Assembly: GCA_003132525.1 (NCBI GenBank)
Contig: PKXZ01000015.1
Location: 50,204 to 110,470, forward strand
Reading direction: 5' to 3'
DNA from: Candidatus Dormiibacterota bacterium
Lineage (GTDB): Bacteria; Chloroflexota; Dormibacteria; Aeolococcales; Aeolococcaceae
Length of the DNA: 60,267 bases
Shown here: piece after piece, positions 47,647-57,104 of the stretch
How the letters are laid out: the number at the start of each line of letters is the position of its first letter
How positions within the stretch are numbered: the first letter of the stretch is position 1
Notes under the pieces: model-generated
Told to the model about the DNA's origin: nothing
The model's database searches: none
The model's input: only the letters and a program-made list of their open reading frames with translations
Made by a program: the position numbers and the translations under genes

Positions 47647-48845
47647 GCGCGAGCGAAAGCGTCCACGTCCCTGAGCGGCGGCGGAGCCCTCGCAACGAAC
47701 CGGCGGGCCTCGGCAGCCGGCTCGCATCACTCGAAGTGGTGATCTGCTGCGGGAGCGGTGGCGTCGGCAAGACCACCATCAGCGCCGCGCTCGGGATGGC
47801 GATCGCCGCGGCTGAGGACAAGCGTGTGCTCGTCCTCACCGTCGACCCCGCGCGTCGCCTGGCGACCGCTCTCGGGATCAAGGGCATCGGGGCTGAACCC
47901 GTACGGATTCCGAAAGCACGCCTGCGCCGCGCCGGGATCAGCATCTCGGGCGACCTCGAGGCGGCGATGCTCGACATGAAGCAGGCGTGGGACCGGATGA
48001 TCGAGCGCTACTCACCGGACCGTGCCACCGCGCAGCGCATCCTGCGCAATCCGCTCTACCAGCGGATCACGGACTCCTTTGTCGGATCGCACGAGTACGC
48101 GGCGATCGAGGCGCTCTATGAGCTCCACGACGCTGGCGAGTACGACTGCATCGTCGTCGACACTCCGCCGTCGCGCAACGCGCTCGACTTCCTCGAGGCG
48201 CCGAGCCGTCTCACCGACTACGTGGGCTCGCGCCTGCTGTCGATGCTCTCGGGTGGGCCGTCGCGTTTCGGCTTTCGAGCGATGAACTTTGCGGCGGCAC
48301 CGTTCCTTCGACTCGCCGACCGTCTGCTCGGTGCCGAGGTGCTCGCCGAGGTCTCGGACTTCGTCCGGCAGCTGCAGCTGCTCTATGACGGGATCCAGGG
48401 CAGGGCACGCTCCGTGTACCGGCTGTTGCGCAGCCCGCAAACCGGTTTCGTCGTGGTGACCACCCTCGAGCAGGGTCCCTTTGCCGAGGCGGAGTTCTTC
48501 TGCGCCAAGCTGCGCGAATTCAAGATGCCGCTGCGCGCCATGGTGGTCAACCGCGTGCTCCCGGACGTCTTCCGTGACTCCGGCGGGGTTGCGGCTGCGA
48601 CGACCCTCGTCGAGGACCCCAAGGTTGCGTCTTCGCTGAGCGACGAGCTGCACCAGCGCGTCTCGACGGACATGGCGCGCTTCGTCGGCAGGACCTTTCT
48701 CAACCGCAACACGCTCGCGCAGCGCGAGGCGCGTCAGCTGACGAAGTTGGGACGGATCGGCGACGTGCCGATCGTGCGCATGCCGCTCTTCAGCGAGGAG
48801 GTCTCCGAGCTCGAGGGGTTGGTGCGTATCGCGAAGGCGCTCTGA
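47643..48845 (+). CDS. ArsA/Get3-like ATPase, second of the pair (Rv3680-like)
   Basis: CCGSGGVGKTTISAALG and VLTVDPARRLATALG; 4-nt overlap with the first ATPase gene. Confidence 0.75.
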   Translation: MSASESVHVPERRRSPRNEPAGLGSRLASLEVVICCGSGGVGKTTISAALGMAIAAAEDKRVLVLTVDPARRLATALGIKGIGAEPVRIPKARLRRAGISISGDLEAAMLDMKQAWDRMIERYSPDRATAQRILRNPLYQRITDSFVGSHEYAAIEALYELHDAGEYDCIVVDTPPSRNALDFLEAPSRLTDYVGSRLLSMLSGGPSRFGFRAMNFAAAPFLRLADRLLGAEVLAEVSDFVRQLQLLYDGIQGRARSVYRLLRSPQTGFVVVTTLEQGPFAEAEFFCAKLREFKMPLRAMVVNRVLPDVFRDSGGVAAATTLVEDPKVASSLSDELHQRVSTDMARFVGRTFLNRNTLAQREARQLTKLGRIGDVPIVRMPLFSEEVSELEGLVRIAKAL

Positions 48846-48878
48846 CCCACAGGCCGCGGGGCCCACGCCCGGAAGGCG

Positions 48879-51734
48879 TCAGCCCTGCCCTGCGAGCAGG
48901 CGCATGCGCGCGCTGTGACGTCCGAGTGGGTGTCCATCGCCGATGACGTCGAGGACCGGCGGATCCTCGAGCCGTACCACCGAGCAGTCGCCCGCGGTGA
49001 CACGCGACACCGCCTCGATCATCGCGGGGTCGGCGGTGCTGAGCATGACCTGGTGTGTTGCAGACAGGTCGTGCAAGAACTCGATGAACAGGTCGCGGCG
49101 CATCGGGTCGGAGGTGAGCAGCGGTTCATCGAGCAGGAGCGGTGTGCGCTCGCCACCTCCGCCGAGCACCTCGCAGAGCGCAAGCCGGAGGAGGAGCGCG
49201 ACCTGATCACGAGTGCCGTGCGACACCGCGTCGAGCGGCACCATGTCGGGACGTTCGTGGCCGAGCAGGCCGAGGGCGAAGTGATCGGTGTCGACGTTCA
49301 CCTCCATATACCGCGCCCCGGTCAGCAGGCTGAGCCGGCTGCCCAGCGACTCGGCGAGACGAGGAGCGAGCTCGCGATGGGTCACCCGCGACGCCGCCTC
49401 GATCAGCTCGGCAGCACGTCGGAGCGCCTTGAGCTGCCGATGTCCCCGATCGCGCGCGGTTTCGCAAGCCTCGCGCTCATCCTCCAGGTCCGCGATATTG
49501 GGCATGGTGTCGAGCACGCCGCCGAGACGCGCGCGCAGCTCGCGTGCCTGATCGCCTGCCGACGCCGCCGCACGGCGCGCCCGCTCCGCCTCCAGGTCGA
49601 GTGCCTGCAGGACTCCGACGTCCGGCGGGCCTGTCACAAGAGCCTCGGCGGGGTCGCCACCGCATTGCATGAGCTGTTCGGCGAGCCCGGTCTCCAGGCT
49701 CTCGAGCGTGGCGGCGTCGCCACCGAGCGCGTGCGTGGCTCGCTGCAGCTCATCCAGGCGGCGCCGCGCGGTGTCGTGGCGGCGCCTCGCCTCGCACGCA
49801 TGGTGGAAGCCGGCCAGCGCATTGGACGCGTCACCTTCAGGAACGCGGATACCCGCGGCTTTGAAGATCGTCCGCAGCCGGATCTCGAGGTTGGCCACTG
49901 CCCGGACCGAGCGGTCCACGTCCTCGCTGGACTGGGCGCCTGCCGACTCCTCGGCTGCGAGCACCGCGTCCTCGGCGAGCAGCTCGTCGCGCCGGCGCCA
50001 CTTGAGGACCATCGCGTCGACGCGGTCGAGCACCCGCTGCGCCCCGGCGATCACTGCGTCAGGGGTTGCCTCGGCGCCGCGATGTGCATCGACGATGCCC
50101 GCTTCTGCCGCGAGCGAGCGGCAGCGCTCGAGCAGGGATGCAAGGGCAACCTGCAACGCCTCGGCATCACCACGACGCCGTGACGTGCGCAGCTCTGCGT
50201 CGTCCAGTGCTTCGTGGAGCGTACGCAGCACGGGCAGCCGATCCTGCAGCCGGGCCAGCTCGGCTGGATCGACACCTGCATCGAGAGCGATCGCCGTCGC
50301 GGCGGCGCGCGCCTGCGATGCGGCGGACGACCGCACCCATGCGCGCCAGACGCACCCTGCAACCGCCAGCACACCGATGACGCCGGCCGCCAGCGCGGCG
50401 GTTGTCAGGTGTCCTCGGGCGAGCTCTGCAGCGGTGACCACCGTGATCGTCGCGCAGGCAACGGCCGCGAACGCGAACAGGCGGCCACCCGCTTGGGCCG
50501 CCTCGAGGTTGGGAAGGAGCTCGTCGATCACGCCTGCCGGGAGGCTTCGCAGTCCGGTCGCCGCGATCTCGCGACGAAGAGCCGCCTCGCGTGCGTCGTC
50601 ACCTCCGTTTCGGCGTGCTGCAGTCGCGACCGCGATCAACTCGCCACGCAGGCGCTGCGAACGCTCGCCGACGTCGCCGCCCAGGTCGTCGGCGAGTCCG
50701 ATGGCGGCGATGCCCCCGGCGATCTCATCGCGCCGGGCTCGGATGGGGCGCAGCCTCTCCCCGGCGGCCTGCCAGCGCGCTGCCGCACCCTCGGCATTGA
50801 CCTTGGCCTGGGCCAGCTCGCCACCGAGGGTGGTGACCTCGGTCTCGACATCGAGCGGAAAACCGGCATACGACGCAGTCGCGTCGAGCTCCGCCGCCCG
50901 TACCTTCGCCTCACGAACCGCTTCCGCGAGACGGACACGGCGGTCGGCGACCTCGGCCAGGCGCCCGGCAAGACGCGCGCGTTCTGCCGCCACCCAGCGT
51001 CCTGTCTCGGTCGCATGCGTCATGTCGAGCGTCGCCAGGCGTTCCTGGTCGACCGCGACGGCCGCCAGCCGGGTGCGGGCGTCGGCGAGGGTGCGATCCA
51101 GGGTGCGAAGGCGGGCGGTAGCGACCCCGAGTGGACTGGACGTGCGTCGCTCGGATCCAACTCGATCCATCGCATCGCGGATGCGCACCAGAGCCTGGGC
51201 CGCGGTCACGCCGCGGCGAGTATCGGCGAGACGCTCGATGGCCTCCTGCAGCTGGCCCGCGCGCTGGCGCGCGCTCTCGGGCGCGTCGATGCGCAACCCG
51301 TCGTCGCCGAGCCACGCGGTGGCGCAGAACACGGACTCATCGATGCCGAGATGAAATCGTCCTGGGGTCACGGCGCGTCCGCTGCGCAGCTCGTCGGTCA
51401 GCTCCGAGCCCCCGAGCTCGAGCACCTGCACCGACTGCTCGCGCGTGTCCAGCCGGCGTGCGACCCGGATGCGACGCCCGTCGTCGAGCTTGTAGGTGAG
51501 CGCGAGCCCGTAACCCCCGCGGGTCCAGGGCTCGTAGCGTGCCCAGTCGCTGCGATCGACGGCGCGACCCTGTCCACCGGCATCCATCCCATAGAGCGCT
51601 CCCCGAACCGCGCGGAGCAGCGTCGATTTGCCGGACTCGTTGCGGCCAGCAACGACGGTAACTCGCGGGTGCAGCTCGGTGGTGATGTCCTGGAGACATC
51701 CGAAGCCTGTGATCTCGAGACGCTCGAGGATCAT
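48879..51734 (-). CDS. SbcC/YhaN-like SMC-type ATPase with two central transmembrane helices
   Basis: Walker A GRNESGKST, long Ala/Arg-rich coiled coils, hydrophobic helices at about aa 418-465 (nt 50340..50483) and Walker B LLLDEPL. Confidence 0.75.
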   Translation of the reverse strand: MILERLEITGFGCLQDITTELHPRVTVVAGRNESGKSTLLRAVRGALYGMDAGGQGRAVDRSDWARYEPWTRGGYGLALTYKLDDGRRIRVARRLDTREQSVQVLELGGSELTDELRSGRAVTPGRFHLGIDESVFCATAWLGDDGLRIDAPESARQRAGQLQEAIERLADTRRGVTAAQALVRIRDAMDRVGSERRTSSPLGVATARLRTLDRTLADARTRLAAVAVDQERLATLDMTHATETGRWVAAERARLAGRLAEVADRRVRLAEAVREAKVRAAELDATASYAGFPLDVETEVTTLGGELAQAKVNAEGAAARWQAAGERLRPIRARRDEIAGGIAAIGLADDLGGDVGERSQRLRGELIAVATAARRNGGDDAREAALRREIAATGLRSLPAGVIDELLPNLEAAQAGGRLFAFAAVACATITVVTAAELARGHLTTAALAAGVIGVLAVAGCVWRAWVRSSAASQARAAATAIALDAGVDPAELARLQDRLPVLRTLHEALDDAELRTSRRRGDAEALQVALASLLERCRSLAAEAGIVDAHRGAEATPDAVIAGAQRVLDRVDAMVLKWRRRDELLAEDAVLAAEESAGAQSSEDVDRSVRAVANLEIRLRTIFKAAGIRVPEGDASNALAGFHHACEARRRHDTARRRLDELQRATHALGGDAATLESLETGLAEQLMQCGGDPAEALVTGPPDVGVLQALDLEAERARRAAASAGDQARELRARLGGVLDTMPNIADLEDEREACETARDRGHRQLKALRRAAELIEAASRVTHRELAPRLAESLGSRLSLLTGARYMEVNVDTDHFALGLLGHERPDMVPLDAVSHGTRDQVALLLRLALCEVLGGGGERTPLLLDEPLLTSDPMRRDLFIEFLHDLSATHQVMLSTADPAMIEAVSRVTAGDCSVVRLEDPPVLDVIGDGHPLGRHSARMRLLAGQG

Positions 51735-52927
51735 CGCAGCCCGACTTCGACGCCGGAGAGCGCCATCAGTCCGTAGCGAAGCGCGTCCTCGAGCACTTCC
51801 GCTTCGTCGGGATCAGCATCCTCAGCCGCGCTGGTTGCCGCGCGCACGAATGCGCCACGAGTGCTCTCCTCGAGCAACGCCGTCTCGAGGTCGATGTACG
51901 GTGCGGTGCGATCACGCACCTTGACGGCCGCGAGGTTGAGACGCTCGCGCACCGCGAGCTCGACGGTGAACGTGTCCAGCGACACCGACGAGTCGATCGC
52001 GCCGCTGATGTCGACGCGGATCATCGTCCGCTCCGAGTCGCCGTATCCGGTCGACGCGCAGTGCATGGTGACCTCGTCGATCACCGCCTCCACCGTGCCG
52101 CACTCGTCGGTGTCGCACTGCACCGTGAAAACGGACCAGCGGTTGGTGTCGTGGGCGACGAAGCGGACGTCGCCCCGTTCGGCGATCTCGACGACCACGG
52201 GACCACGCCCCCCCTCATCGTCGAAGCCGAGCGGTTCCGGTGTCCCCGGGTACAGCAGGCCGGTGGTCGAATCGAGCCGCCGGCGGTGGTAGTGGCCGCA
52301 CAGCGCGGCGGCGAAGCCGGCGGCGCGGATCCGCTCCGCGTGGAACGGGCCGTGGATCGACTTCCCCTCGGGCCGGGATCCGAGCTCGGCGCCGTGGAAG
52401 AGGGCGAGATGCACCCCGGATTCGGCCGTGGCTGGGGAGGTGCCGAGCGGATCGCCCTGCCAGGCCGGCTCCCGGTGCGCCAGTCCCCAGACGGTGAGGC
52501 CGTCGGCGAGCTCCACCGGCTCGAAGTCGGTGCTGCCGAAGACGGTGACGTTGGACGGCCACTCGACTCGCCGGTAGATCGACGCGGGGAGCAGCGCGTC
52601 GTGGTTCCCGGGCGCGATCAGCACCCGCATCGGCTGCCACGACGCGAAGGTCTCGGCAAGGAACCGGCCGGTGTCCACGCCGGCGCGCTCGTGCTCGTAC
52701 AGATCTCCCCCGATGGTGACCGCCACGCAGTCCTGCGCGATGGCCAGGCGTCCGGCACTCGTGAGTGCGTCGCGGAGGCCCTGGCGCCGCCGCCGCGCGA
52801 GTTCCCCCTGACAGCCCATGGAGGCGAACACCCGATCGAGGTGAAGGTCGGAGAGATGAAGGAGACGTATCGTCAATGGGGTGCTGGGAATCAGAACGGC
52901 GACCTGAGAGCGAACGTCAGTTCGCAC
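51731..52927 (-). CDS. SbcD/YhaO-like metallophosphoesterase (DNA repair exonuclease family)
   Basis: LLHLSDLHLD, GGDLYE, APGNHD and GHYHRR; 4-nt overlap with the ATPase gene. Confidence 0.8.
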   Translation of the reverse strand: MRTDVRSQVAVLIPSTPLTIRLLHLSDLHLDRVFASMGCQGELARRRRQGLRDALTSAGRLAIAQDCVAVTIGGDLYEHERAGVDTGRFLAETFASWQPMRVLIAPGNHDALLPASIYRRVEWPSNVTVFGSTDFEPVELADGLTVWGLAHREPAWQGDPLGTSPATAESGVHLALFHGAELGSRPEGKSIHGPFHAERIRAAGFAAALCGHYHRRRLDSTTGLLYPGTPEPLGFDDEGGRGPVVVEIAERGDVRFVAHDTNRWSVFTVQCDTDECGTVEAVIDEVTMHCASTGYGDSERTMIRVDISGAIDSSVSLDTFTVELAVRERLNLAAVKVRDRTAPYIDLETALLEESTRGAFVRAATSAAEDADPDEAEVLEDALRYGLMALSGVEVGLR

Positions 52928-52985
52928 AGCCTATCACAGGTTAATTGGGGAAACTTCTGGCACAATTGAGGCGTACCGACGATGG

Positions 52986-54674
52986 TTGCCTGGCCGAATA
53001 GCCCGGTTCGAGTCGGATCATCGGGTGGGGGATCAGGTGGACATTCGGTTGCATTTGTCTCGGCGTTACAGCCAGGCAGGGGCGGGGATCGTCGGCGCTG
53101 CAGTGGCGATCAGGGTGCTCGCGCTGCCTGTGACCCCGGGAGTGCGGCTGCTGGACGCACTGATGGCGGCGGCGGCCATGTGCATCGGTCTCGTGCTTTT
53201 GCGCCTGCCTTCCGCCCTGGAGCCGCACCGCCAGGCGGTGTCGGTCGCCGGCGCGGTCGGGTACGCGGTCGTGGCCGCGATTGGGCTGTGGGCTGCCGCC
53301 GCCCACTTGCCGGACTTCGGGGTGGTCGCCGGGGTCGTCTTCACCGCCATCCTCATCGGCCTGGACACCGACGCGCCGCAGACCGGCCCGGCGCGCACCT
53401 CGGCATCGCTCAACCGGCTCCCGTGGGCGCCCGCCCTCGTGGTCGCCGCGGTGGTGCTGGCCATATTCATCGTGCTGTGGCTGATCGCAGCCCCGCCGTC
53501 CACCGGGATCCCGACCCTCACGGTGGCCGTGGCGGCGATGGTCGGCGTCAAGCTGCTCGCCACCGGCGGCGCCGAGCGGAGCCTCGACCGCCTGGACTCG
53601 GACACCCGCCGCGGGCTCGTCTCCTCGGCTCTCGGCCGCAAGCTCGGCGTCGCTCGGGACGTGACCTCGGTGGCGTCGGCAGTCCTCGAGGCGTGTCGCG
53701 AGATCTTCCCTGAGACGTCCACCGGGATGGTGCTCATCAACGACCCCGCCGACGGCCTGCTGAAGTCGCCCGGCGCATTTCTGTCGTCCGGGGGGGTGGG
53801 ATCTGGCGGCCCGGCATATGAGCTCGCTCCCGGCGAGGGTCTGGGTGGCGCGGTGTTCGTGGCCGAGCGAGCCGAGCTGTGGCCGACCACGCTGTCGGCC
53901 TCGATGGCCCAGGCGAGCCTGCGGGAGGCGAACCGAGTTCGTCTGCGTCGGTCGAAGCTCGGGTTCATCCGCTCCGCCATCGGTGCTCCGCTGCGGGTCG
54001 ACGGCACGACGATCGGCGCCATCCTGCTCACGTCCGAACGACAGGAGAACGCCTGGGGGGAATCCGACGCGCCGATCATCGAAGCCCTCGCCGACGAGGC
54101 CGCGCGTGCGATCGAACGCGCGCGACGCCATGAGGATGAGATGGCGAAAGCCCAGCTGGACGCGGTGACCGGCATGGCGACCCGTCCGCACCTCCTCGCC
54201 GTCGTGGACAAGGAGCTCGCTCGGGCGTCGCGTCGCGAGGGAACGCTCGCGTTGATCATGGCCGACATCGACGAATTCGGCGACCTCAACGACCGCTTTG
54301 GACATGACGCCGGCAACCAGGTCCTGGAGATCTTCGCAGGCGTGCTCCGGGCGATCCTTCGCCGCGAGGACAGCGCGGCGCGCTTTGGTGCCGATGAGTT
54401 CGTGTGCGTGCTCCCGGGAGCCGACCGCGACCAGGCGCGAGCGGTTGCCGCCCGCATTCAGCAGCGCTTCACCGCAGACAGCTCTGGAGACCAGGCTCTG
54501 GGCCGGTCCGGCGCCACGGCATCGGCGGGTATCGCCGTCTATCCCACCGATGCGCAGGATGTCGGAGCTCTGCTCGATGCCGCCGCCGGTGAGCTCGATG
54601 CGGCCAAGGCGTCGCGCGAGTTGACCGGCCGTTCGCGGCTCAGGCGCCGGGTTCGGGACGTCGCGACGAATTGA
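52986..54674 (+). CDS. Membrane-anchored GAF-GGDEF protein with a degenerate GADEF active site
   Basis: About six N-terminal TMS and a GAF-like middle region. The GGDEF domain reads DAVTGMATRPHLL...DIDEFGDLNDRFGHDAGNQVL...RREDSAARFGADEF. The start is uncertain. Confidence 0.75.
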   Translation: MPGRIARFESDHRVGDQVDIRLHLSRRYSQAGAGIVGAAVAIRVLALPVTPGVRLLDALMAAAAMCIGLVLLRLPSALEPHRQAVSVAGAVGYAVVAAIGLWAAAAHLPDFGVVAGVVFTAILIGLDTDAPQTGPARTSASLNRLPWAPALVVAAVVLAIFIVLWLIAAPPSTGIPTLTVAVAAMVGVKLLATGGAERSLDRLDSDTRRGLVSSALGRKLGVARDVTSVASAVLEACREIFPETSTGMVLINDPADGLLKSPGAFLSSGGVGSGGPAYELAPGEGLGGAVFVAERAELWPTTLSASMAQASLREANRVRLRRSKLGFIRSAIGAPLRVDGTTIGAILLTSERQENAWGESDAPIIEALADEAARAIERARRHEDEMAKAQLDAVTGMATRPHLLAVVDKELARASRREGTLALIMADIDEFGDLNDRFGHDAGNQVLEIFAGVLRAILRREDSAARFGADEFVCVLPGADRDQARAVAARIQQRFTADSSGDQALGRSGATASAGIAVYPTDAQDVGALLDAAAGELDAAKASRELTGRSRLRRRVRDVATN

Positions 54675-54713
54675 CATCGACAGGCGAATAGTTCTACACT
54701 GAAACTATTCGCC
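54671..54713 (+). promoter_or_regulatory. marR promoter/operator: TTGACA-N18-TACACT overlapped by a perfect 11-bp inverted repeat
   Basis: TTGACA at 54671..54676 and TACACT at 54695..54700. The repeat is ggcgaatagtt (54683..54693) and aactattcgcc (54703..54713), 9-nt spacer. Confidence 0.5.
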
Positions 54714-54730
54714 CACCGAACAGTCGAGGC

Positions 54731-55270
54731 ATGCCCGTGAGCCAGGCACCGGTCATCACGCCAACAACGCCTCCGCGGAGCACGGCCGCCGGCGATCGCC
54801 GCGATGAGCTGGCTCATCTGCTGTTCGACTACATCGGTGGTCTCAAGCGGCGCCTCATGGCCAGCGTCCCTGAGGAGCTGAAGGACGAGTTCGGTGCGGT
54901 CACCTGGCACCAGCTCGGTGCCCTCGAGCAGCTGCGGACGGCCACCGAGACCTCGCCCGGAGCCACCATGAACGAGATCGCGCGCATGCAGCAGTGCGCG
55001 CTGAGCTCCGCCAGCGCGCTCGTCGACCGCGTCATCCGTGTCGGCTTCGCGGAGCGGCGCAGCGACCCGGAGGACCGGCGGATCATCCACATCGTTCCCA
55101 CCAGGCTGGGCCTCGATATGCTCGCCCGCTTCGATTCGGCGAGGAAGGCCGTTGCGCTCGAGGCGCTGGCGCCGCTGAGCGACGAGGACCTCGAGCGGCT
55201 CGTCGTCCTGATGAGCAAGATCGTCGACTCTCCCGAGCCGGGAGACGTCAAAGAGGTTGCGCATGACTGA
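54731..55270 (+). CDS. MarR family transcriptional regulator
   Basis: wHTH region MNEIARMQQCALSSASALVDRVIRVGFAERRSDPEDRRIIHI. Confidence 0.8.
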   Translation: MPVSQAPVITPTTPPRSTAAGDRRDELAHLLFDYIGGLKRRLMASVPEELKDEFGAVTWHQLGALEQLRTATETSPGATMNEIARMQQCALSSASALVDRVIRVGFAERRSDPEDRRIIHIVPTRLGLDMLARFDSARKAVALEALAPLSDEDLERLVVLMSKIVDSPEPGDVKEVAHD

Positions 55271-57104
55271 GGTCCTCGACCGCCCCGACGTCTCGGCATC
55301 CGACGTCGGTTCCGCCGGCGGCGACAGCGGTGTCGTGAGCGCTCCAACGGGACGCTTCGACTACAAGTGGATCGCGCTCGGTGTGGTGCTGCTCGGGACG
55401 ATCATGACGATCCTCGACGCGACCATCGTCAACATCGCGATACCAACGCTGCAGGTTGACCTCAAGGCCGGCTCGTACGCGGACATCTCGTGGGTGGTCA
55501 CCGGCTACATGCTCGCGCAAGGCGCGGTGATTCCAATGGCCGGGTGGGCGACCGATCGTTTCGGAACCAAGCGGTTGTATCTCATCACCATCGCGCTGTT
55601 CACGGTCGCTTCGATGGCATGCGGCGTTGCGCAGAATCTTCCCGAGCTGGTCATCTTCCGCGTCCTCCAGGGACTTGGCGGCGGCATGCTGATGCCGATC
55701 GGCATGACCATCATCATGCGTGCGGTCGGACCCCAGAACATGGGACGGGTCATGGGGATCTTCGGAATCCCGATGCTGCTCGCGCCCGCGGTCGGGCCGG
55801 TCCTCGGCGGCTGGTTCGTGCAGGACTTCTCGTGGCGGCTCATCTTCTACGTCAACGTTCCAATCGGCCTGATCGCATTCGCATCGGCGTGGCGCTTCCT
55901 CACCGAGTCGGACAGGGCGCACGGACTGCGACTCGACACGTTCGGTCTTCTGACCGCGCCACCCGCTGCGGTCGCAGTCATGTACGCGGTCGACCAGAGC
56001 ATCACGCTGGGCTGGGGATCGTTGCTGGTTGTGAGCCTGCTGGTCGGTGCTGCAGTGCTCCTCGCCGCGTTCGTGCTCTCGCAGCTCGGACGCCGGCGCG
56101 CGGCGACGCTGCTCATGATGCCGCTCGCCGCGGGCGCGTTGCTGGTGGCGCTGCGCAACGGTTTCGTGGACGGCTGGACCGCACTCGACACGATCGTGAT
56201 GTTCGTGGGTGCGGCGCTCGCGCTGGTCAACCTGACGATCGGCAATCGCGGCAACCCGGAGCCGTTGCTCCAGTTGCGCCTCTTCCGCGACTCGACGTTC
56301 TCGTGGTCGATGGGCCTCAGCTTCATCATCGTCACCGCGCTCTTCGGCGGCATGTTGTTGCTGCCGCTGTACCTCCAGGAGGTGCACGGGTACAGCCCGC
56401 TCGAGACCGGACTCCTGTTGCTGCCACAGGCGATCACCGCGGCAGTTGCGATGCCGCTCGGCGGCTATCTCACCGACCGCATCGGGCCGCGTCCCGTCGT
56501 CGCAACCGGCATGGTGATGCTCGCGGGCGGCGGGTTCCTGCTCGCGCAGATTCACCCCACCTCATCCAACTGGCTGGTCGTCAGCGCGCTGCTGCTGCGC
56601 GGATTCGCGATGGGGTTCTCGATGATGCCGTCGATGGCCGCGGCGATGGCGCGCGTCCCGCATCATCTCAGCTCGAGCGCATCGAGCATCTCCAACAGCC
56701 TCCAGCGCATCGGCTCGTCGATCGGCATCGCCGTGCTGGTGACGGTGCTTGCCGCGCAGTTCACGACCGCCATCGGCCAGGCATCGTGCGCACCGTCAGC
56801 AGCGGTGGTCAGCGCCGCATCCCCTGCGGGCCAGCAGCTCACCACCGCCGAGTTTTGCAAGAGCCTCGAGGGTCAGTACGCATCGCTCATCCAGAACGGC
56901 GGTCAGCCGTCGACGACGGCGACGGTCGCGCCCGTGGTGGCGAAGTTCGGTCAGACCTACGCGTCGGACGCGCTCAGCACATCGTTCGACCGGACCTTCG
57001 CGTTCATCACCATCCTGACGCTGCTCGGCGTGATTCCCGCGCTGTTCCTGCGCAGACCTGAGAAGACCGCATCCGGACACATGCCGCAGCTCGATGCCGC
57101 GTAA
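55257..57104 (+). CDS. MFS transporter, DHA2 family (EmrB/QacA-type, 14 TMS)
   Basis: LDATIVNIAIPT, GWATDRFGTKR and MGIFGIPMLLAPAVGPVLGG; 14-nt overlap with marR. Confidence 0.85.
   Translation: MRMTEVLDRPDVSASDVGSAGGDSGVVSAPTGRFDYKWIALGVVLLGTIMTILDATIVNIAIPTLQVDLKAGSYADISWVVTGYMLAQGAVIPMAGWATDRFGTKRLYLITIALFTVASMACGVAQNLPELVIFRVLQGLGGGMLMPIGMTIIMRAVGPQNMGRVMGIFGIPMLLAPAVGPVLGGWFVQDFSWRLIFYVNVPIGLIAFASAWRFLTESDRAHGLRLDTFGLLTAPPAAVAVMYAVDQSITLGWGSLLVVSLLVGAAVLLAAFVLSQLGRRRAATLLMMPLAAGALLVALRNGFVDGWTALDTIVMFVGAALALVNLTIGNRGNPEPLLQLRLFRDSTFSWSMGLSFIIVTALFGGMLLLPLYLQEVHGYSPLETGLLLLPQAITAAVAMPLGGYLTDRIGPRPVVATGMVMLAGGGFLLAQIHPTSSNWLVVSALLLRGFAMGFSMMPSMAAAMARVPHHLSSSASSISNSLQRIGSSIGIAVLVTVLAAQFTTAIGQASCAPSAAVVSAASPAGQQLTTAEFCKSLEGQYASLIQNGGQPSTTATVAPVVAKFGQTYASDALSTSFDRTFAFITILTLLGVIPALFLRRPEKTASGHMPQLDAA

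Noticed and set aside
48915-51776. Three long plus-strand ORFs (422, 561 and 520 aa) over the SbcC-like gene, plus comparable shadows over the GGDEF (52941..54677), MFS (55248..57061), SDR (57007..58011), dxs (42856..44187) and Lon-N (38044..39303) genes
   Set aside because: All lie antisense or out of frame to motif-supported genes and are dominated by R/A/S/P/G runs. No independent evidence supports them.
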